Assembly (NCBI RefSeq): GCF_009914755.1
Contig: NC_060927.1
From: the human T2T-CHM13v2.0 reference genome, Homo sapiens
DNA length: 64,000 bases
Reading direction: 5' to 3' (one strand)
In this document: positions 46,797 through 64,000 of the stretch, piece by piece
How positions within the stretch are numbered: the first letter of the stretch is position 1
How the letters are laid out: each line of letters opens with the position of its first letter
Notes under the pieces: model-generated
The model's database searches: none
What the model was told of the DNA's origin: nothing
What the model saw: the letters and a program-made list of their open reading frames with translations, nothing else
Made by a program: the position numbers and the translations under genes

Positions 46797-47293
46797 TTAC
46801 ATTGTTGCCCAGGCTGGTCTTGAACTCCTGGCCTTAGCCAGGAGTTGAATTCAACCAACTCTTTGGCTGAATGTGTAGCCAATGCTACTTCACCTATTTA
46901 GATAGCTGTATTATGGCTCCAAAGCTGAAAACTGAAAAATTAATATTAACAGCCAGGCATAGGGCTCATGCCTGTAATTCCAGCACTTTGGGAGGCTGAG
47001 GCAAGAGGATTGCTTAGCCCAGGAGGTTGAGGCTGCAGTGAGCCAAGATTGCACCACTGCACTCTAGCCTGGACCACAGAGTGAGACCCCATCTCAAAAG
47101 AAAAAAGAAAAAGAAAAGACAAGAAAAGAAAAAATTAACAGCACTTAGAAAAGGAAAGCTAAGTACCTCCAAGCATATCTAGTTTTGTAACTTATATAGT
47201 TTTCCTTTATAATGTTAAAACATTATAATGTTATAATGTAAAGAACTTATACATTATGAATTATTATACATTATTACATTATTTATAATGTAA

Positions 47294-47641
<348 letters not shown>

Positions 47642-47689
47642 TAGAGAAGTTCTGCTGGTGAGAAATTATTCATGTTTTTAATTTCACTT

Positions 47690-48225
47690 AAAAATAGATT
47701 TATTGAGGTATAATTGACATATATATGTATACATAATATATATAATAAGTTATACATATTAAAACTTTACAGTTGGATGAGTTTTGATACCTAGGAACCC
47801 ATCAGCACAAGCAAGGTAGAGAACGTATCTGTTATCCCCAAATGTTTCCTTGTGCTAAGCAGTGCCTCACTCCTGCTCTTTTGTCCTCAGGCTACTACTA
47901 ATCTGCTTTCTGTTACTACAGATTAGTTTGCATTTTTTAGAATTTTATATGGATAGAATCATCATATAGCATGTACTTTTTGGTGGGATGTGTGTATCAG
48001 TAGTTCATTCCTTCTTATTGCTGAGTAGTATTCTATCCTGTGGATGTACTACAATTCATTAATCTGTTGAAGATCATTGGGATTGTTTTTGGTTTTGGCT
48101 GTTTTAAATAAAGGTGCTATGAACAGTCATGTACAAGTCCTTCCTTGTATGGAAATATATTTCCATTTTTCTTGAGTCAAACCTAGAAATAGAATAGCTG
48201 GATCATGTGGTAGGTATATATGCTG
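47690..48225 (-). mobile_element. L1MB/L1MC 3' fragment
   Basis: tttattgaggtataattgacata, ttattgctgagtagtattc, gctggatcatgtggtagg. Confidence 0.72.
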
Positions 48226-49247
48226 CTTTTATAAAATGGAAAAAGAAGATTTTGAAAAGGAGATGAGATGGGGCACTTCATCCCAGGCACATCCTTGGGC
48301 AGATGGTTTTTAGTAAGGAATTCACAAGGAAGTTGAGGATCAGGAAATTGATTCCTTTTAAAAACTGTCTATGCCTGTTAGTCCCTGAAAAGTTTTCCTG
48401 CACTCCAGGGGTACTGTATTCCAATTAGAAGATAGCTGACTTAGAGATGTCCCCAGCTACTTCTCTTAGTTCTGGCCTCTGCCCCAGCTCTGTTCTTCAG
48501 ACGGACCTTATGCCCAGGAAATTCTGGCTGCCATCTTTTACACACCAGGCTGTCTGGAGGCCTGGGAGAAAAAGGAATTAGACTGGGGTTCACCTGGGAG
48601 AAACCCTTGGCAGTGGTGGAGTGGGGATGGATTCAGAAGTGAGGTATGATACTATAATATAATGAAAAAATGTATCTGCTATTCATCGCTGGTTCCTGAC
48701 AGTGCCTAAAACCCTTGTTCAAGTAAAAGGTTAAATTTTTCATTAAGGTCTGTTGATTCCCATGAGATCCTGAGTAATAGAAGTGAGAAGAGCATCTTTT
48801 GTTATTTATGATAAGCCCCTGCCAACCAAACCTGATTTTATGCTAATGAGGTGGCTCTTGGAGGATGGCTTCTGGTTGCCAGAGGAATCAACCATGTGGT
48901 TATCTCTAAGGTGGGACTTTTCAGCCTACCTCCCCCTTATTTCTGAGGAGGGCAGAGGGGCCTGGAGATGGAGTTAATCACCAGCAGCCAGTGGTTTAAT
49001 CAGTCTTGCTTAGGTAATGGGACCCCCTTAAGAACTCAAAATGTAGGGGTTCAGAGAGCTTCCTGCTCGGTGAACAAATCAAGGTCCTGGGAGGGTGGTA
49101 CATCTGGACCCGGCTTGGAAGCTCTGCGTCCCCCCGTACCTTGTCCCATTACCTCTTCATCTGGCTGTTCATTTGTATCCTTTATAATATCCTTTATAAT
49201 AAAGTGTTTTTGTAGCAAATTGTTTAACATGAGGAGGGGGTTGTGGG

Positions 49248-49856
49248 TGTAGGGGCCAGGGAAAAGCTTCCCCATTGATCTCCAAAGGTTTGCTGAAAAA
49301 TCAACTCACAAGAGGCAGATTAATTGGAGAAAAGTCATACAGATTTTATTACATGTACACGGGGGAACCACAGAGATTACTCACCCCCCAATGGGGTTCA
49401 GAAGCATGTATAATATCCTGGCAAAACAGGTTATATGGCTGGTCCAGGTGCAGTGGTGTTTACAGCTAATTGATCACAGCCAGTTACAGATTTCTTTGTT
49501 CCTTCCACTCCCACTGCTTCACTTGACTAGCCTAAAAAATTAATTAATTAAATAAAACAGGTTATAGGAGAAGGGAGAAGAGGAATTCTGTTGTGAGGAT
49601 TACTAGGAAGAATGAATGGATCAGGGAAGGGAGATTAACTTGTACATTATCTTGTGGAAGGATCTGTTCAGGTGTGATTACATTCTTGGTCTTACTGGGA
49701 GGGGAATGCAAAACAGTTGTTCTCGGTGGGTCTGGATTTTAGGCGATAAAGGAACTTCAGAGAACGTCATTCTGACTTTGGGAGAAGTCAGTTGTAGGGG
49801 TGGGTGGTTGGGGGAAGTCAGAGAGACCCTGAGGTATTGGTTACTGAGTCCCAACA
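49248..49856 (-). mobile_element. ERV1-class solo LTR (MER34/MER39/MER87/MER101-like) nested in MER21
   Basis: TG...CA termini; the minus strand starts TGTTGGGACTCAG. 4-bp TSD tggg at 49244-49247 and 49857-49860. Exact family uncertain. Confidence 0.7.
49437..49533 (+). pseudogene. Y3 RNA (RNY3) processed pseudogene
   Basis: ggctggtccaggtgcagtggtgtttacagctaattgatcacagccagttacagatttctttgttccttccactcccactgcttcacttgactagcct closely matches hY3. It is followed by an A-rich tail and has a 13-bp TSD aaaacaggttata (49423-49435 and 49554-49566). Confidence 0.95.
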
Positions 49857-51891
49857 TGGGAATGCCCAGTTTGTAGCCAAGTCAGACTAATTTGACTGAT
49901 TTGTGGCTAATTTGAGGATCCACTACTTGCAATTAGCATCTGAAGTTGGGGGTAGTCTGTGGGACTGAGCCCTAAACCTACGGGGGTCTGTGCTAACTCC
50001 AGGTGGTGTCAGAATTTAATTAAATTGTAGGACGCTCGATTGGTCTCCACAGAGAATAGATTTGCTTCTGGAAAACTCACACATCTGGTGTTGGAAGCAT
50101 TGTGAGTGGAGAAACAGTTTTTTATTTATGAGGCAAGAGAGGCTATGGGGGTCTTGAGGCGGTATTGGGGACCTTAGATGCTATCATCTGCTCCAGTATC
50201 TGGGAAGGTCTGTCCTCCTCATTGGCATCCCGTCTCCAGTTGCCCTGTCTTCTTCCTCTCCCTCATAGACCACTGTTCACACGGGATACACTTATGATCC
50301 CCACACTGTTTTCTCCTTACTCTCACTTCTCCATCCCTAGGCAATCACTGATCTGCTTTCTGTCACTATTCCATACATATAAATGACAAAATATAGTGGG
50401 TTTTTTTGTTTTTGAAAGACAGGATCTCACTGTGTTGCTCAGGTTGGCCTCCAACTCCTGGGCTCAAGCAGTCCTCCTAGCTGAAACTACAGATGCACAC
50501 CATGACTCCTGGCTCAAGCACAGTGTTTTTGTACTTTTTAATAAATGACATTATATATCCCATATTCTGAAATGTCTCTTTTTTCCCTGGATGTTATGTC
50601 TTTGTTTTTTTTTTTTTTTTTTTTTCTGACACAAATCCTTTCTTTGTCACCCAGGCTGGAATGCAGTGGTGTGATCATGGCTCACTGCAGCCTACCTCTC
50701 AGGCTAAAGCAGTCCCCCTGCCTCAGCCTCCCGAGTAGCTGGAACTACAGGAGTGCTCCACCACGCCCAGCTAATTTTTTTTCTTTTTTTTCTTTTTGAG
50801 ACAGAGTCTCGCTCTTGTCACCCAGGCTGTAGTGCTCGCTCTTGCCGCCCAGGCTGGAGTGCAGTGGCATGATCTTAGCCCACTGCAACCTCCGCCTCCC
50901 GTGTTCAAGTGATTCTCTTGCCTCAGCCTCCTGAGTAGCTGGGATTACAGGCGCCTGCCACCATGCCCAGCTAATTTTTGTACTTTTAGTGGAAACAGGG
51001 TTTTGCCATGTTGGCCAGGCTGGTCTTGAACTCCTGACCTCAAGTGATCCGCCCGCCTCGGCCTCCTAAAGTGCTGGGATTAGAGGGCTGAGCCACTGGG
51101 CCCAGCCTAAATTTTTTATTTTATTTTTTGTAGAGACAGAGTCTTGCTATGTTGCCCAGGCTGGTCTCAAAACTCCTAAGCCCAAGTGATCCTCCCGCTT
51201 TGCTCTCCCAAAGTGTTAGGATTACAGGCATGAGCCACCATGCCCAGCAGATGTCTTGAGATCTGTTAATGTAGTTAGAGAACTAGTGTACCCTTTAAAA
51301 ATTTTTTTATTGTAATTAAATATAAATAAGAAAATTTACCAGTTCGACCACTCTTAAGTGTACAGTTCAGTGGTATAAGCACATTCACAGTGTTGTACAA
51401 CTATTAACAGTATCCTTCTGTTTCCAGAACTTTTCACCATCCCAATCAGAAACTGTACCCATTAAACAATAACTCCCTATCCCTCCTTTTGCAGTCCCTA
51501 GTAACCTGTATTAAACTTTCTGTCTATGAATTTACCTATGCTTGGTCACCTTTGTTTTTGTGTTTTTGAAAGATGATTGTGATTGGTAAATAACTCCAGG
51601 TTGGAAGTTTTTGTTTTTTTTTCTCGTTCAGTACCCTGTCTTATAGCTTGCATTGTTTCTGATGCAAAATCTGCTATCAACTTCCTTTCTGTATGTGAAG
51701 CATCTCTTTGGCTGCTTTTAAGACTTTTTTGTTTTGTTTTGTTTTGGAGACAGAGTCTTTGCCTGGAGTGCAGTGGTACAGTCATGGCTCACTGCAGCCT
51801 TGACCTCCCAGGCTCAAGCAGTCCTCCCACCTCAGCCTCCCAAGTAGGTGTGCGCCACCATGCCCAGCTACTTTTTTAGTTTTTTTTTTAA

Positions 51892-52005
<114 letters not shown>

Positions 52006-52224
52006 TAGCCTTAAACCACTGTTTAATCCAGTGTTTTAAAATTGTTTTAGAGGGAGGGTTATGTCTATTCCTATTACTTCATCTCTCCTGATGTGAATGT
52101 TGAGGCTGGATGCGGTGGCTCACACCTGTAATCCCAGCACTTTGGGAGGCAGAGGCGGGCGGATCACCTGAGGTCGGGAGTTCGAGACCAGCCTGACCAA
52201 CATGGAGAAATGCCGTCTCTACTA

Positions 52225-52383
<159 letters not shown>

Positions 52384-52384
52384 T

Positions 52385-52418
<34 letters not shown>

Positions 52419-53553
52419 GAGGATGAGCGGCTTCATGGGATGGCATGTATTTCTGTAACCACTGACTTCCACCTCCCAGAAAAAGGAAGCAACAAGCCAA
52501 AAATTCACTACTGTTGTTATTGGGCCTGATAGTGAAAGGATGACCACCTAAAAATTATGGCATCCTTGGAAAATTTTTGCAAATCTGTATTTTAAGCAGT
52601 GTAACCCTTTACAGTAAGGGAGTACAGTGACTTTTGCAAGTGGTTTAGTGTTCTGACTGCATATCCAGAGGCAGGATGGCAGTACGAAGGTCCTAGTGGG
52701 AACAGAGAGTGAGAGTCTGTGAGTCTGTGGCTAACTCAGACATCAGGGAGAAGAATGTGTGATACTGTCTCAGAGGTTGCCAACTTTGGTATTAGGCTGT
52801 GTTCTTTGAAATGTGGGGCACTGAATTTAGGCATATACTGAAATAACTAAATAAAACAAGAGTTACATATATGTTTCATGTTCTACATCCTGTCAGGTTA
52901 TCTCATATAAATAATTGGATTGTGAATATTTACCTAACTTTTTGAGGTCTAATGCCCTAATTTGCTGCTTTCTTTTTGTAGGTAAAGAACAACAGCAGCA
53001 ACAAAAACAAAAACAGTAGATATATTGGGGGGGGGAAAAACCTGCTGGTTAATATACAGATTTCATTACCTTGAAGTTCACTGCACTGAACAATTCTCAC
53101 TCTGGATGTATTCCTGCTCTAGGATGTGAATTTAGACTTTTGTAATAGAGTGGGCTTTGAGAAATAGCTTTTCTGCTCATTTTAGTTTCATGATGACTGC
53201 ATGGAATGTTTTGCTTCACGCTTATGCATTGAGTTTTATCAAGCATTAAGCAGTTGGCCGAAACAGGTAATACTTGAACATTCAGTCCAAGAAAAACAAA
53301 ATGGATTTGAACATACGTAGAATCAGTAACTCTTATTTTCATACTTCCTTATGGTTATTCAGAAGTGTTGGTCTCTAGGTACATTTTGAAAGCAAGTACT
53401 TGATCTGGCTTAGGTTTTAACTAACAGCAAGCAGATACTGGCCTGATAAAAAGATGATGTACAGCAAAAGTGAGATGGTCAGAATTGGCTTTTTTCTTTT
53501 TCTTTTCTTTTTTTTTTTTGAGAGGGAGTCTTGCTTTGTCACCCAGGCTGTAG

Positions 53554-53685
<132 letters not shown>

Positions 53686-54034
53686 TAGAGACGGGGTTTC
53701 ACCATGTTATCCAGGATGGTCTCGATCTCCTGACCTCGTGATCTGCCCACCTCGGTCTCCCAAAGCGCTGGGATTACAGGCATGAGCTACCGCGCCCGGC
53801 CAGAATTGGCTTTTTTCATTATAGACTACTACAGTAAAATCATCCTAACTGCAGAAGTCACTTGAAATGTGGAAATCACAGTTTGCTATGTATTTGATTT
53901 GGTTCAATCTTTTTTTTTGCTTTCTGGGACATCAAAATCAGCCAGCGAGTCTAGGGAAATTTGGACTTAAGGTTTTAATGTTTAGATTTTGAAAAGCCAG
54001 GATGCTTATAAAACACTCATTGGTATCATTTACG

Positions 54035-54098
54035 ACAGAGAGAGAGAGAGAAAGGAGAGAGAGAGAGAGTGCGTGTGTGCGTTTATGTGTGTATGTAT
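54035..54098 (+). repeat. (GA)n(GT)n microsatellite
   Basis: Directly visible. Confidence 0.85.
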
Positions 54099-54697
54099 AT
54101 CTTGTTTAAAAAACAGTCTGGACTCAGTTTTCTCACCTGGAACATTAGAAATGAAGTGTTAGCTGGGCGTGGTGGCTCACGCCTGTAATCCCAGCACTTT
54201 TGGAGACCAAGGTGAGACGATTGCTTGAGCCTAGGAGTTTAAGACCAGCCTGGTCAACATAGGGAGACGCTGTTTCTACAAAAAAAGAAAGGAAAAAAAG
54301 CCAGGCATGGTGGCATGAGCCTGTGGGATTCAGCTCCCACCTTGGAAGGCTGAAGTAGGAGGATGGCTTGAGCCTGGGAGGTCAAGGCTGCAGTGAACCA
54401 AGATCATGCCACTGCATTCCAGCTTAGACAACAGAGTGAGACTCTGTCTCAGAAAAAAAAAAAAAAATGATACCAACTTTCATATTTGTGGCAAAATGAG
54501 ATAAATTTACGTAACTGAAAAAGGGAGTCTTTTTTTAATGAATTACTTTATTTCTTTGAGGAAAAATAAAACAGATTTGTAAACTTTGCTCCTGGACTAG
54601 AATGCTACTTTGCAGGCAAACTTACTTTTGTAAAAATGCTAGACTCTGGCCAGACATGGTGGCTCACACCCATAATCCCAGCACTTTGGGAGGCCTA

Positions 54698-54940
<243 letters not shown>

Positions 54941-54969
54941 CTAGACTCCACATTCTTTAAAAAAAAAAA

Positions 54970-56980
<2,011 letters not shown>

Positions 56981-56984
56981 TTTT

Positions 56985-61692
<4,708 letters not shown>

Positions 61693-62263
61693 AGTTTTTG
61701 TAGGTTAGTAACAATATTTGGATTATACTAAGGAGTTTTTATCTAGAGTTATAGAGATTTTCTTAGAATGCTGCCATGGTAGAGAATAAGTGGGTGGGTA
61801 TATAGGGGAAAACAACATTTTGAAATATGTTTCAAATTTTCCAGATTAAACAGTTAAAAAGAACAGGTGGTGAACCTAGAGAATAGTGTTTTAGAAACCG
61901 AGACACAGGATTTCTTAATAGTGGGCAACTTTGTCAGGGACTGCAAGAGAGATCACCTAGAATAAGGACTGAAAAGATGTCATAGGTTTCAGCAGCTGGT
62001 TTCATGACCTTTGCAACCGCAGTTTTGGTGGAGTGTTTGGGCTAAAACCTGGCAGCAGCATTTTGAGAAATGTGTGGAAGGTAAGAACATGGAGAAAGGA
62101 TATGATCACTATGTGAAAAAAAGTTGTTTCATTATAAAAGATTACAAACTTATGATTTTTAAAATATTAAAGAGAAGTATGAAGTGAAAAAAAACCCTGC
62201 CCCTTTTCCTTTCTCATCTTCTCACCTGTTTCCTCCAGTTTTAGTCTCTAGTTTTACTCTTGA

Positions 62264-62626
<363 letters not shown>

Positions 62627-63598
62627 TGAGAGGGAGACTCAGAAACGCCTTTGCCTGAGAAGAGCTAGGAAATAGAAGGAAAGAAAAAAATGGAACAGAG
62701 GAGCTCAGAGAAGATAAAAGGAAGTAGGGATGCAGTGGTCAAGTGGGAGAAAAAAAAGGAGAGGCACTCTTTTCTTTGAGTAGCCAGGAAAAAATGACTT
62801 TGTTTTTCTTTCTCAATTAGCAGACCAAGCTGTATGCTGGTGATTGAGGTTTGGATAGGGTTGGTGGCATCTAGTGTGTAGTAACTATGGGAATTAGCAA
62901 ATCAATGGCAGAGTGAAGGACTCACTTTCACTCGCTCAGGTCCAAACTAGGCTTTAAATGACTTCTTTTTTTTTTGAGACAGTCTTGCTTTGTTGCCCAG
63001 GGTGGAGTTCAGTAGCACAATCTTGACTCACTACACCCTCTGCTTCCTAGGTTCAAGCGATTCTTCTGCCTTAGCCTCCCGAGTAGCTGGGACTGCAGGC
63101 ACACACCACTGTGCCTGGCTAATTTTTGTATTTTTAGTGGAGATGGGCTTTCATCATGTTGGCCAGGCTGGTCTCGAACTCCTGACCTCAACCCGCCTGC
63201 CTCGGCCTCGCAAACTGTTGGGATTACAGGCCACCACACCTGGCCTGAATGACTTTTTCACTGAGGAATGCCATAGTCCAGGCAGATGTGCCACCTCATT
63301 GATCGCCAGGGATGACTCAGTTGTCTGGCTAGTTGGGTAAGGGAGGTGTTTTTTCCATCACTTCTGTGTGTCTGTTACTAAAACTGTTCATTTATATTTC
63401 ACAGCAGCTCAAGTGCAACTGTTCTTCAGTACTTTTGTAGCTTTTCATTTCTGTGACTCCTTTGAGGAGGCTCTGTCATGTGAAAGGAAAAATTTGATAA
63501 AATGATTACATGGAGACTTCTAACTAATCGTATTGTGGCAATGGAACTACTTTCACTTCCTCTTTTAAAGAAACAGGTAACAGAAAGCCTCCTCTTTA

Positions 63599-63817
<219 letters not shown>

Positions 63818-64000
63818 TCAGGAATAGATTCTGTTTGCTGTATTTGGGATATATACAATGTTAAGAACAAAATGGCCAGGTGTGGTGGCTCATGCCCATA
63901 ATTCCAGCACTTTGGGAGGCCCAGGCGGGAGGATTGCTTGAGCCCAGGAGGTCGAGGCTGTAGTGAGCCGTGATCATGTCACTGCATTCAGCCTTGAGTG

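Larger units (their letters stand above)
48645..50128 (+). mobile_element. MER21-family solo LTR (MER21C-like), interrupted
   Basis: Recognisable MER21 motifs (cctaaaacccttg, atgctaatgag, ggttcagagagcttcc, gtgggactgagccct, cacacatctggtg). Flanking 5-bp repeat tgagg at 48640-48644 and 50129-50133. Confidence 0.8.

Noticed and set aside
48230-50300. Flanks of the MER21 (48230-48644, 50129-50300) as a possible processed pseudogene
   Set aside because: Trial translation of part of the right flank gave no recognisable protein, and no poly-A or TSD was seen.

Overview
Primate (almost certainly human) euchromatic DNA holding the 5' end of PRKCI (atypical protein kinase C iota) on the + strand. It includes the CpG-island promoter (~26.6-27.7 kb), coding exon 1 (27324-27424), intron 1, coding exon 2 (39885-40006) and part of intron 2; no exon 3 was found in the window. 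The two exons splice in frame and encode the N-terminus and most of the PB1 domain. The rest is dominated by transposons: roughly 70 Alu copies or fragments, several L1s (including a ~10.8 kb Alu-interrupted ancient L1M upstream of the promoter), L2/MIR, Tigger/MER DNA elements, and a nested MER21 LTR > ERV1-type LTR > Y3 RNA retrocopy in intron 2. Nearly all other ORFs in the track are Alu/L1 translation artefacts. I see no new multi-gene system. The best second-look items are small: a 58-bp microhomology-flanked templated insertion copied from 3.6 kb away, several fold-back template-switch scars, repeated Alu re-insertion into the same target sites, and an open in-frame 5' extension plus a consensus splice donor in the PRKCI 5' region. 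Repeat subfamily names come from recalled consensus sequences, and repeat boundaries are approximate unless TSDs are quoted.
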